A stretch of 64,000 nucleotides of DNA, from contig JALFVE010000005.1 in assembly GCA_022787085.1 (NCBI GenBank), forward strand, positions 12,142-76,141. The letters run 5' to 3'. Below the pieces are notes generated by a model. The model searched no databases. It was not told where the DNA came from and saw nothing but the letters and a program-made list of their open reading frames with translations. Below, in pieces: positions 28,374 through 37,555 of the stretch (within the stretch, counting starts at the first letter, position 1; each line of letters starts with the position of its first letter). The stretch is from Oscillospiraceae bacterium. GTDB lineage: Bacteria; Bacillota; Clostridia; Oscillospirales; Ruminococcaceae. The position numbers were made by a program, and so were the translations under genes.

Positions 28374-29161
28374 TACGCTTCGCCCTCCTCTCGGGTGAGA
28401 CTGCGGTTCCCCGTATCTCCGATAATATTGCCGTCAGAGATGGTGATTATCCTGTCGGTCTCGGCGGCAAGCTCGTTGTTATGGGTGATAAGCACGATTG
28501 TCTTGCCCTGCTCCTTGTGGAGCTTGTGGAAAAGATCCATAACAAGCCGTCCCGTTTTACTGTCAAGGGCTCCCGTCGGCTCATCCGCAAGGATGATGGC
28601 AGGATCGTTTGCCATGGCTCTCGCAATGGCGATTCGCTGCTTCTGACCGCCCGAAAGCTCATTGGGCATATGCCCTGCACGGTCGGACATCTCAACTATC
28701 TCCAGCAGCTCCTTTGCCCTTTCCCTGCGCTGCTTTGCGGGGATACCGCCGTAGAGCATGGGAAGCTCGATATTTTTAAGAGCGGAGGTCCTGGCGATAA
28801 GGTTAAAGGTCTGGAATACAAAGCCTATCTGCTTGTTTCTGATGGCAGAAAGCTCCTTGTCGTTTGCTCTCGATACATCGGTGCCGTCAAGGAAATAGCT
28901 GCCCGAGGTGGGTCTGTCAAGAGCGCCGATGATATTCATAAGTGTGGATTTTCCCGAGCCTGACTGTCCCACGATGGAGACAAATTCGCCCTTTGGAACA
29001 TTGAAGGTCATGCCGTGAAGTATCTCCAGCTCATTGGGCGTGCCCAGATAGAAGCTCTTTACGATATCCTTGGCGCAGATAACGTATTTTGATGCCTCCT
29101 CGGGAACGACATTGCTCTGAGCCTTGTACGAGTAGGTGGGCGGTGTGATATTCTTTTTCAT
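28373..29161 (-). CDS. LolD/YknY-like ABC ATP-binding protein
   Basis: [28 protein letters not shown]; likely start ATG 29161. Confidence 0.95.
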   Translation of the reverse strand: MKKNITPPTYSYKAQSNVVPEEASKYVICAKDIVKSFYLGTPNELEILHGMTFNVPKGEFVSIVGQSGSGKSTLMNIIGALDRPTSGSYFLDGTDVSRANDKELSAIRNKQIGFVFQTFNLIARTSALKNIELPMLYGGIPAKQRRERAKELLEIVEMSDRAGHMPNELSGGQKQRIAIARAMANDPAIILADEPTGALDSKTGRLVMDLFHKLHKEQGKTIVLITHNNELAAETDRIITISDGNIIGDTGNRSLTREEGEA

Positions 29162-29174
29162 GGAGACACCCCCA

Positions 29175-31106
29175 TTACTCAGCCGCAGCTGCGCCCTGAA
29201 CAGCTTCTCCCAGCGCACTGCTGATGATTACAAGTCCGCCGTCTGTAATGTCTCCCGCATTGGAGATAAGCTCCATGCCCTCTGTAAGCTCGTCGGAGGA
29301 TATCTCTATCTCGGCATCGCTCTCAAAGCCTGTATCTACCTTTATCCTGCGGGCAGTGGCGGTGCCGTTTCCTTTTTCGATCATATCGGCTGTGTAAACA
29401 TAGCTCTGACCGTCCTCATCCTCAACGATGGAATCATAGGTTACGGCAAATACATTCTCTGCGCTGCCTGTTACAGCGGTGCATTTTGCTGTCATGCCTA
29501 TAAGAACGCCGCTGTCCTTGGTGTTTCTGATAAGCACCTCCACCTCAAAGGAGGACGAACCGTCGCTCTTGCCGTTCGCTGCCTTGACGCCTGTGGGTGC
29601 TATGCTGCTGATAACACCTTCAAACTCCGCATTGTTAAGGGAGGGAATAGTTACCGTTACCTTCATATCGGGTTTAAGTGAGCTTACGTTATACTCCTTT
29701 ACAGATGCCTTCATCTGGAGATTTTCAAGATCCTCGATGATGAAGAGCACGCCCGATGCGGGAGAGCCCTCTACTGCATACACGGCTGTTACGGTGCCGT
29801 CGCAGGGTGCCTTGATAACGCAGTCATCAAGCTTTCCTTTAAGTATCTCAAGGTTTATCACCTGTGAATCATTTGTGGAAAGCACCTTTTCTCTGTCTGC
29901 CTGCGCCTTGAGTGTGGCAAGAGTGGATTCAGCATTTCTGCGGGCAAGCTCATAGCTTTCTCTTGCGGTGTCAACAGCGGTCTGAGCATCGTCCACAGCC
30001 TCCTTGTAGCTCTTGATGGAGGTATCGTTGCCGTCCTCGATGGACTTGAGAGTGTTCTTGGCATTCTCATAGCTTACCTTTGCCCTCTCGTAATTGCGCT
30101 CTGCATTCTTCAGTGCAATGGAATTTGCGGAATCAATGTCTGCTTTTGCCTTTGTATATGCCTCGAGAGCGTCCTCGTAAACGTCCTCGGTGGTCTTTAC
30201 ATCATATTTCTTCTCAAGCTCCGAAAGCTTGCTCTTTGCCTCGGTAAGCTCCTGCTGAGCCGCTGTCACAGAGCTTTGATCCACATATGCCGCATTGTAC
30301 TCAAGCATTGAGGAGAGATATGTATAATTGGAAAGAGCAGTCTCATAAGCTTCTCTTGCCTTTCGAAGCTCCTCGCTCTTGATGGAGCTGTAACGGGTGT
30401 TATACTCCTTCTTTGCGTCATCATAGGCCTCCTTTAAGGACTTGATATCGCTGTAATCCTCGTTTTCCTTGTCGTCCTTCGCCTCAAGATAATCAGCCTC
30501 TGCGCAGTCAAGCTCGTACTTTGCGGACTCAACGCCCTTCTGTGCGCTTATAAGCTGGCTGTCACGGTCGCTGCCCTGGATATCAAGCTGCTCGTTATAT
30601 TTATCCTGCGCCTTTCTGAGAGCCTCCTCCGCATTGTCAAGAGAAAGCTTGGCATTTCTTATCTCGGGATATGAGCCGTCGCTTATCTGAGCGAGAGCGT
30701 CATTGTAATTCTTTTCGGCGGTGGTGAGAGAATATTCCGTATTGGCATTGGTGCTGTCAATATTGCTCTGCTGCTGGAGTATCTGATCCTGAATATCGCT
30801 GGAATCGAGGATAGCGAGAACATCGCCCTCCTTTACCTTGTCGCCCACCTCAACATTAAGGTCAGAAACATTGTAGCCCTGCAGCTTGGAGCTTACCTGA
30901 GTGAAGCTCTGGCTTTCCACAAGTCCGCTGACGGAAACCTTGTTTTCAATATTTTTTCTCTCAAGTGTGAACACATCGGACATTGTCATGCCCGACATCA
31001 TGGATGCACTGCTTACCATCATGAAAATAAATGCTCCGATGAGGGCAAGCACGGCGATCAGAATAATGATCTTGACCTTTGAGCCCTTTTTCTTTTCCTT
31101 ACTCAT
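29175..31106 (-). CDS. Efflux membrane-fusion (YknX/MacA-like) subunit with very long helical insert
   Basis: N-terminal TM, VEVGDKVKEGDVLA and IKAPCDGTVT lipoyl halves separated by ~340 aa of heptad-rich helix. Confidence 0.88.
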   Translation of the reverse strand: MSKEKKKGSKVKIIILIAVLALIGAFIFMMVSSASMMSGMTMSDVFTLERKNIENKVSVSGLVESQSFTQVSSKLQGYNVSDLNVEVGDKVKEGDVLAILDSSDIQDQILQQQSNIDSTNANTEYSLTTAEKNYNDALAQISDGSYPEIRNAKLSLDNAEEALRKAQDKYNEQLDIQGSDRDSQLISAQKGVESAKYELDCAEADYLEAKDDKENEDYSDIKSLKEAYDDAKKEYNTRYSSIKSEELRKAREAYETALSNYTYLSSMLEYNAAYVDQSSVTAAQQELTEAKSKLSELEKKYDVKTTEDVYEDALEAYTKAKADIDSANSIALKNAERNYERAKVSYENAKNTLKSIEDGNDTSIKSYKEAVDDAQTAVDTARESYELARRNAESTLATLKAQADREKVLSTNDSQVINLEILKGKLDDCVIKAPCDGTVTAVYAVEGSPASGVLFIIEDLENLQMKASVKEYNVSSLKPDMKVTVTIPSLNNAEFEGVISSIAPTGVKAANGKSDGSSSFEVEVLIRNTKDSGVLIGMTAKCTAVTGSAENVFAVTYDSIVEDEDGQSYVYTADMIEKGNGTATARRIKVDTGFESDAEIEISSDELTEGMELISNAGDITDGGLVIISSALGEAVQGAAAAE

Positions 31107-31112
31107 AACACG

Positions 31113-31493
31113 TTACTTTCCTTTCTTGCTGCTGTCATTAAGCTTATCGGAAATGAAGCCCAAAGCCTCATTTTCCGAATACCCCAGCCGATTCATAGCG
31201 CCGAGAAAATCGAAAACGACCTTATCCGCAAGCTCCTCTCTCAGCTCGGCGATCCTTTGGGGATCGTCGGTGATAAAGCGCCCCGATGTTCTGCGGGTGT
31301 AAACTATTCCCCGATTTTCAAGCTCGGTGAGCGCCTTCTGCATCGTGTTGGGATTTACATTTGCCTGAGCGGCAAATTCCCGCACGGACGAAAGCTTGTC
31401 ACCAGGGGATAACTGCCCCGAAGCGATCATCTGCTCAAGCTGATTCACGACCTGAAGATATATGGGGGTATCGGGTGTAAATACCCAATGCAT
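31113..31493 (-). CDS. GntR family (YtrA subfamily) regulator
   Basis: PIYLQV, LSSVREFA, VNPNTMQKA, RTSGRF. Confidence 0.92.
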   Translation of the reverse strand: MHWVFTPDTPIYLQVVNQLEQMIASGQLSPGDKLSSVREFAAQANVNPNTMQKALTELENRGIVYTRRTSGRFITDDPQRIAELREELADKVVFDFLGAMNRLGYSENEALGFISDKLNDSSKKGK

Positions 31494-31506
31494 TACGATC
31501 CTCCTT

Positions 31507-31533
31507 TGTATTATTGTGATAGTACAATAATAC
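31507..31533. promoter_or_regulatory. Candidate YtrA-type operator
   Basis: TGTATTA-N6-TAGTACA (31507-31526), also GTATTATTGT/ACAATAATAC inverted repeat; directly upstream of the GntR SD. Confidence 0.6.
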
Positions 31534-31787
31534 TACAACAGAACTTATTTTTCAATAACTATAATGCACAATTTTTTTGCACACTTCCCATATCTTTTTG
31601 GAATATTATTACACCATCGGCATAAAGCTTTTTTATATTACCACACTGTAATTAAAATGAGAATTGATTTATATTAAAATCTGATTAAAAATATTCCCTT
31701 GGACATTTACAAATAATTAACAAGTTTCCGTGCAATTTTTTCAAGCTCTCAGTTGTATTATAAGTAAAAGAAACGGGAGGAATAAAA

Positions 31788-32861
31788 ATGAAATTCAAGA
31801 AATTGCTTATCCCCGCAGCAATGCTGATACTCACCGCCTGTTCGGCGCAATACTCCGAAATAAACGAAATATCGGAAATATCCGAAACGTCAGTGCTTAC
31901 CATATCGGAAACCGTCACCGAAATGAAAACTGAAACATCTCCCGAAACCGAATGGATAAATCCCGCTCTTGCCCCCGCAAGGCTTGCAGACCGCAGTCTG
32001 TCGGCATTTACAGTAAAGGGCAGCATAACCATCCATGACGAACAGAGCCGCACAATCACCGAATACTCAGGAGAGATCACAGACGAGGAGGATATCGCTG
32101 CAGTCCGTGACTTTATCACATTTACGGAATCCGCTCCCTCCTGCGAAACGAACGAATACTATCGCACCGAAAACAGCGTGCTTGTTTCCCTCATTCTGGA
32201 AAATGACAACGGAGAGAAATTTTGGTATCACGAAAAAAGCTTCAGGGAAAACGGTGAAGAATCGGGCTTTATTTTCCGCTCGGGCGTTTACGGCAAGGAT
32301 ACCATTTGTATCCCCACCCACGGCCCGGAGGGAAATCTTTATTCGCTGATGGAAAAAATCATTGCAAAAGAGGATAATATTATATCGCAGGAATCCTATC
32401 CCGTGGATGGATACCCCAAGGGAGCTGTGCTTATCCGGGAATATCGGAATTGGGCATGGGGATATCAGCATATGGGAGATTTGATTGATGAAAACGGCAA
32501 TGTGTACCCCTTTGATTTTTCCGATGATGACCTCGAAAACGAAGTCAGGAGCGAGAAGGAGCTTCTGAGCCGCATAATGAAAATATACGCAGAAGGCAAC
32601 CCCGAATCGGCACAGTACGAAAATTATTCCGATACACTGAAAAAAATACCTGCCCTTGCGGATAAAGTGGACAAACGTGCAAAGCTTGTCTCCGAGAACA
32701 CCGCCTGCGACGCAGGGCAGTACACAATATATGCCCTGACCTCCGATTTCAGGCTGATAACCGTCTGCTCTGAGGGCGACAGCAGCATCATAAGTACAGA
32801 TGAAAATGCCTCGGAGATCCAAAGGCTTTGCGGAGAAATAGGCATTTTTTCACTTTCCTGA
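31788..32861 (+). CDS. Hypothetical lipoprotein
   Basis: SD GGAGG, lipobox LTAC, E/T/S-rich linker; no recognised family. Confidence 0.75.
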   Translation: MKFKKLLIPAAMLILTACSAQYSEINEISEISETSVLTISETVTEMKTETSPETEWINPALAPARLADRSLSAFTVKGSITIHDEQSRTITEYSGEITDEEDIAAVRDFITFTESAPSCETNEYYRTENSVLVSLILENDNGEKFWYHEKSFRENGEESGFIFRSGVYGKDTICIPTHGPEGNLYSLMEKIIAKEDNIISQESYPVDGYPKGAVLIREYRNWAWGYQHMGDLIDENGNVYPFDFSDDDLENEVRSEKELLSRIMKIYAEGNPESAQYENYSDTLKKIPALADKVDKRAKLVSENTACDAGQYTIYALTSDFRLITVCSEGDSSIISTDENASEIQRLCGEIGIFSLS

Positions 32862-32994
32862 TATCATTTTTTCTCTTCGTAACAAGCGCATACAATCGGG
32901 ATCCCAAGCTCAACAAGCTGTGTGGTTTATGCATCTCACGAAAAAAATTGCTGTTTACTGACAAATTTATTCCGTTGACATTATAAGACATATC

Positions 32995-33023
32995 TTGAAA
33001 ATATAAATAAACTGTGCTATAAT
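32995..33023 (+). promoter_or_regulatory. SigA promoter of the Rpn gene
   Basis: TTGAAA (32995-33000), 17 bp, TGnTATAAT (33018-33023). Confidence 0.8.
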
Positions 33024-33053
33024 GAAGATAATAAATCGAAAGGAGCCGAACCG

Positions 33054-33899
33054 ATGCCAAGAGATGTAATATCCGCAAAGCTGGACATAATATTCAAAAA
33101 GCTGTTTACCGAGAACGAAGATATGCTTTATTCCTTTGTGGCAAGTATGCTTGATATTCCTCAGGAAAGCATTTCCGAGATAAAAATCACCAATCCCGAG
33201 CTGCCTCCGGAAACTCTGTCCGGGAAATTCAGCCGTCTTGATCTGAGCCTTAAAGTGGATAATCGCCTTGTTAACGTTGAAATTCAGGTCAAGAATGACA
33301 ATGATTACCGTGACAGAACGCTTTTCTACTGGGCAAAGCTATATTCATCCGAGCTAAAAAGCGGCGAGGACTACAGCGAACTGAAACAGACCATTACCAT
33401 AAATATCATCAATTTCAATATGTTTGAAGGCAGCGATTATCACACCGAGATCGCGGCAATTATCAAGGGAACGGACGAGATCTTTTCCGACAAATTCAGT
33501 ATTCATTTCTTTGAACTGAAAAAGGTCGGAAAAAAGCCCGATCCCCATAATCGCCGGGAATTGTGGCTGCAATTTATTAATGCTGACAGTGAGGAGGATT
33601 TTGAGATGATCAGTCAGACAAATGTTCCTATTATGCAGAAGGCTGTGAATGTGATCTACGATATGTCCGAGGACACAAGAATTAGAGAAATTGCCCGCCT
33701 GCGGGAAAAGGCTCTTCACGATGAGGCTTCTGCTCTTAAAAATGCTAAGGCTGAGGGAAGAGCCGAGGGAAGAGCCGAGGGCAAAGCCGAAGGAAGAGCC
33801 GAAGGAAGAGCCGAAGAGCGAAATGCAGCTATTAAGAAAATGAAGTCATTAGGCTTTACCGATGAACAGATCAAGGCAATTTATCCCGATTTGGTGTAA
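33054..33899 (+). CDS. Rpn family recombination-promoting nuclease / PD-(D/E)XK putative transposase
   Basis: DIIFKKLF, RLDL...VNVEIQ, RTLFYWAKLY, TITINIINF, HFFELKK, WLQFI, EGRAEG tail. Confidence 0.93.
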   Translation: MPRDVISAKLDIIFKKLFTENEDMLYSFVASMLDIPQESISEIKITNPELPPETLSGKFSRLDLSLKVDNRLVNVEIQVKNDNDYRDRTLFYWAKLYSSELKSGEDYSELKQTITINIINFNMFEGSDYHTEIAAIIKGTDEIFSDKFSIHFFELKKVGKKPDPHNRRELWLQFINADSEEDFEMISQTNVPIMQKAVNVIYDMSEDTRIREIARLREKALHDEASALKNAKAEGRAEGRAEGKAEGRAEGRAEERNAAIKKMKSLGFTDEQIKAIYPDLV

Positions 33900-33902
33900 G
33901 TT

Positions 33903-34124
33903 ATGTATAATGTTATTTACGATAATTCAGAAGAAACAAGAATTAGAGAAATTGCCCGCCTGCGGGAAAAGGCTCTTCACGATGAGGCTTCTGCTCTTAA
34001 AAATGCTAAGGCTGAGGGAAGAGCCGAGGGAAGAGCCGAAGAGCGAAATGCAGCTATTAAGAAAATGAAGTCATTAGGCTTTACCGATGAACAGATCAAG
34101 GAAATTTATCCCGATTTGGTGTAA
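33903..34124 (+). CDS. Stand-alone copy of the Rpn C-terminal domain (RpnS-like, 73 aa)
   Basis: ATG 3 nt after the Rpn stop; MYNVIYDNSEETRIREIARLREKALHDEAS...IYPDLV. Confidence 0.7.
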   Translation: MYNVIYDNSEETRIREIARLREKALHDEASALKNAKAEGRAEGRAEERNAAIKKMKSLGFTDEQIKEIYPDLV

Positions 34125-34127
34125 GTT

Positions 34128-34221
34128 TTATATAATATACGATAATTCAGAAGAAACAAAAATTAGAGAAATTGCCCGACTGCGGGAAAGGGCTCCGCAT
34201 AATCAAGCTTCCGAATATTAA
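34128..34221 (+). pseudogene. Degenerate third Rpn C-terminal copy
   Basis: IYDNSEETKIREIARLRERAPHNQASEY*, no start codon. Confidence 0.75.
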
Positions 34222-34228
34222 TAAAAAA

Positions 34229-34270
34229 ATCGGCTTCGGCAGCCATTCCTGCCGAAGCCGATCATTTTTT
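34229..34270. terminator. Bidirectional terminator between the Rpn array and the surface-protein gene
   Basis: ATCGGCTTCGGCAG/CTGCCGAAGCCGAT with A-run before and T-run after. Confidence 0.85.
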
Positions 34271-34289
34271 GAAATTTGCAGAGAGGAAA

Positions 34290-37200
34290 TTACTCAACAA
34301 CAGCTGTGTAATTCATTCCTGCGGAAACGATAAAGGATGCATTACCGTCCTCGTTAAGGGTCTTGGAAGCAACCTTTACGGAAGTATTCTTTCTGCCCTT
34401 GTAGAGAGTGATAGTCTTGCCTGCGTATTCCTCGCCAAGCTTAACTGTGATCCTGCCCTCGCCGTTCAATCCTCTGGTAGAACCGTTGGTCTTGATGTAG
34501 TTCATATCGGAATCATAAACGAAGATGTAGGAATTGGGAAGAGCCTTCTTCATTGCGGAGATATAGCCGTTGTCAACGGAAATGATCCTTACATTGCCTG
34601 CGGGCATTACAAAGGAGTCTCTGTCGCTGACAACTGCGATTCTTGCGCCGCCGCAGTAAACCTCTGCATCATAGCCGAAGTCTGTTCTTACGGTAACTAC
34701 GGTGCCTGCTGCTGCGGTGGATACATTTGCATTTGCATGGCTGTCTGTTGCGATATTGTAGTAGATAACTACAGGAGTAGGCTCAGGAACGATCTCCTCA
34801 GCCTCTTCCTCCTCTTCATATACGATTGCATATGTGGAGAAAAGATCGGAGGAAACTGTGATAGTCTTTGTAGCGCTGTCAAAGGTTCCGCCGATATTCA
34901 TTGCCTCGTCGCCGTGGATCCTTACAACAGAGTAAATTCTGCCGTCAGCAATAATTGAGTCGGGAACGGAAATGCTGAAGGAAATAGGCTTGTTTGTCTG
35001 TACAACAGTATCGGCATCTCCGTTATATGTACTTACAAGTGCAATATCGAGAATAAGTCCGATTTTCTGACCATCGGAAAGGAAGCTCTTAAGGATTTCC
35101 TTATCCCCATCAGAAACAGCACTCTCGTCCTTAACTGTCATAACAACGTCAAGCTTTGCGCCGTCCTCAACGTACTTTGCGTAATTTTCGCCGAATACTG
35201 CTGCGAGAACGTCTTCCTTGCTGCCTGCAAAGCCGATATCAACTCCATCGGGAGCCACAACCTCGGCGTCTGCTGTGCCGGGAAGATTCTTGAAGGCTAC
35301 AGAAACAATAACGTTCTTTGCGGGCATTGTGAAGGTTGTGCCATCGAGCTTCTCACCGTTAACGGTGATCTTTTCAACCTCATAGCCATCTGCGGGTTTT
35401 ACTGTAATTTCGATAATGTCGCCCATGTTAGCGAGGGGCTTGTTTACTGAGGCATCACCGCCAACAACAGTAACCTCGACCTCAACATTGTATGTTGACT
35501 TCTTGAATACGGGAGTAATTGTAACCGCTTCATCAGGCATTGTAAACTTGTTGTTTGTGATAACAACTGTTTCGGGAGATACTATCCACTTGTCGAACTC
35601 GTAGCCTGTTTCGGGCTTAACTGTAAGTTCTATTTCAGTGTCCTTAACTGCGGACTTCTTGCTTGCAGAAGCTGTACCGCCATCTGCAGTCTTTACTGTA
35701 ACAGCGTGCTCGCCTGCGGGGATCTCCTCAAATGCAGCCTTTGCTGTAACAGCAGAAGCGGGCATTGTAAAGGTTACATTTTCAGCTGTATCATCTTCGA
35801 GTGTAACGCCTGTTACAGTCCACTTAACGAATCTGTAGCCGTCCTTAGGCTCTGCGGAAAGAGAAACCTTCTTGCCTGCAACGACCTTTGCGGGAGCTGC
35901 AGCACCGTCAACCTTTGCGGAAGCAGTTCCGTTCTCGTCGCTTGTTACGGTGAGAGCGTAGGAATCCTCCTCAAATACTGCGGTAACTTCAACTGCCTCT
36001 GCGGGCATTGTGAATTTATTATCTGTGATAACAAGACTCTCGGGAGAAACAACGTTCCACTTAACAAATCTATAACCATCATTTGCTTTAGCTGTAAGTG
36101 TTACATCGGTTCCCTCTGCTGCTTCTGCAGGAGCTGCGGAAGCTGTACCCATTGTCTCGTCAGTGGATACATTTACTGCAAAGGTGTTCTTTTCAACTGT
36201 TACCTTGCACTCTGCGGACACAGAACCTGCTGTTGCGGTGATTGTTGCTTCACCGGGAGCAACTGCAGTTACTACACCGGATGCAGCGCCAACAGTTGCA
36301 ACGGTAGTATCGGAAGAACTGAATACTACTTCATCTGTAGTATTTGCAGGAAGAACTGTTGCTTTTACAGTGAATGTCTCGCCAACGTTAACTGCATTTT
36401 TGACAGGATCAACTGTAATTGATTCTGCGGGAACAGTCTTTACAAGGCTGACCTTAAGATCTTCGTAGTAAAGCTTGATCTTTTCTGTAGCTGTCTCCTT
36501 TGCGGCTGCACCAACAATGCTTATACCCTTAAAGACATACTTATCATTGATATATTTTTTATCAACAAGTGAAGAAAGATCAGCAGAAATAGTAACTACG
36601 CCATCCTCATAGGTGTATGTTCCGCCGACAAGCCAAGGCCAATCTTTTTCAGTTGCAGAATCACAGCAGGAAAGTCTCATCTGCCATGAGATCTGAGAAA
36701 TGTCATACTTTAAATTTGTTCCGCTTGTTGCACCGTTTGCCTTAAAGGAAACCTTTATGGTAGAAGCCTTTTCATAGACCTTTGCCATTGTCATTCCATC
36801 TGCAAACTCTGTCTGATTAACATTAAGTGTACCCTGCCAATTGTATTTCGTTTCTCCGGTGGAATTGTCAGTCCATGAATTGGTGGGGAGTTCCATTACG
36901 CTGCCTTTATAGGGTACCTCACCGGGTTCAATTTTTACAATAGATAAAGAATCAATCGTAACAGCGTCTGCTGCTCCCGACTGAATATTACCTGCTATTC
37001 CTCCCCAGCTCGTCCTTTTAAAATCAGAAATAGGAAGATATGCAACCGCACTTTCTGATGTACTTGTACTATTTGGAACAAAAGCGGCTTCAAAATTTGC
37101 GGTTGTATCCGTGGTATCATTGTTGTACCATTTTACAACAGTTGCCCAACTACTATAATTTTCCCAGCCCCAGCTTATCAGTGTATCGTAGGATTTAAGT

Positions 37201-37490
37201 CCGTCATCTGTGGAAACCTTTCCAATATTTGACATCTTCATTTCAACATACACATCGGCATCAGTCATCCAAGAGCTATCAACGCCTTCGATCTGCACCC
37301 AATCACCGTTTTCATACGAACTTGTGAAGCTTGTCTTTACTTTAGAAAGGTTAGCCGAAGCAAGAACAGTGCGTATGCCTTCAGGCGTTGATTTGAGTGC
37401 CTCTGCACTGACACTCACCGGCGCAAACGCCATGGTGGTAACAGCCAAAGCTGCCGCTGTCAAAGACGCTAAAATCTTTTTCAGCTTCAT
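34290..37490 (-). CDS. Large secreted surface protein: signal peptide, ~320-aa unknown passenger, Big_2 Ig domain, four divergent InlB-B-like repeats, linker domain, uncharacterised C-terminal module
   Basis: VxFSSSDTTVATV...GVVTAVAPGEATITAT; repeats of G.V.L.A.P..GY.F.KW...FTMP...V.V.A.F; ends NYTAVVE*. Confidence 0.85.
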   Translation of the reverse strand: MKLKKILASLTAAALAVTTMAFAPVSVSAEALKSTPEGIRTVLASANLSKVKTSFTSSYENGDWVQIEGVDSSWMTDADVYVEMKMSNIGKVSTDDGLKSYDTLISWGWENYSSWATVVKWYNNDTTDTTANFEAAFVPNSTSTSESAVAYLPISDFKRTSWGGIAGNIQSGAADAVTIDSLSIVKIEPGEVPYKGSVMELPTNSWTDNSTGETKYNWQGTLNVNQTEFADGMTMAKVYEKASTIKVSFKANGATSGTNLKYDISQISWQMRLSCCDSATEKDWPWLVGGTYTYEDGVVTISADLSSLVDKKYINDKYVFKGISIVGAAAKETATEKIKLYYEDLKVSLVKTVPAESITVDPVKNAVNVGETFTVKATVLPANTTDEVVFSSSDTTVATVGAASGVVTAVAPGEATITATAGSVSAECKVTVEKNTFAVNVSTDETMGTASAAPAEAAEGTDVTLTAKANDGYRFVKWNVVSPESLVITDNKFTMPAEAVEVTAVFEEDSYALTVTSDENGTASAKVDGAAAPAKVVAGKKVSLSAEPKDGYRFVKWTVTGVTLEDDTAENVTFTMPASAVTAKAAFEEIPAGEHAVTVKTADGGTASASKKSAVKDTEIELTVKPETGYEFDKWIVSPETVVITNNKFTMPDEAVTITPVFKKSTYNVEVEVTVVGGDASVNKPLANMGDIIEITVKPADGYEVEKITVNGEKLDGTTFTMPAKNVIVSVAFKNLPGTADAEVVAPDGVDIGFAGSKEDVLAAVFGENYAKYVEDGAKLDVVMTVKDESAVSDGDKEILKSFLSDGQKIGLILDIALVSTYNGDADTVVQTNKPISFSISVPDSIIADGRIYSVVRIHGDEAMNIGGTFDSATKTITVSSDLFSTYAIVYEEEEEAEEIVPEPTPVVIYYNIATDSHANANVSTAAAGTVVTVRTDFGYDAEVYCGGARIAVVSDRDSFVMPAGNVRIISVDNGYISAMKKALPNSYIFVYDSDMNYIKTNGSTRGLNGEGRITVKLGEEYAGKTITLYKGRKNTSVKVASKTLNEDGNASFIVSAGMNYTAVVE

Positions 37491-37555
37491 TTTAATCTCC
37501 TCCTTAATATAAAATGTGAGTCGTTTTCATGCATGAATGGCTGCACGAACCCGAT

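Larger units (their letters stand above)
33675..34221 (+). repeat. Tandem array of the Rpn 3' end (three copies)
   Basis: 33675-33902 vs 33936-34127 identical except one substitution and three 12-bp units; third, diverged partial copy 34128-34221. Confidence 0.97.

Noticed and set aside
33054-33899. Calling the Rpn gene an IS element
   Set aside because: No terminal inverted repeats or target duplication are visible; Rpn proteins are not established transposases despite the common annotation.
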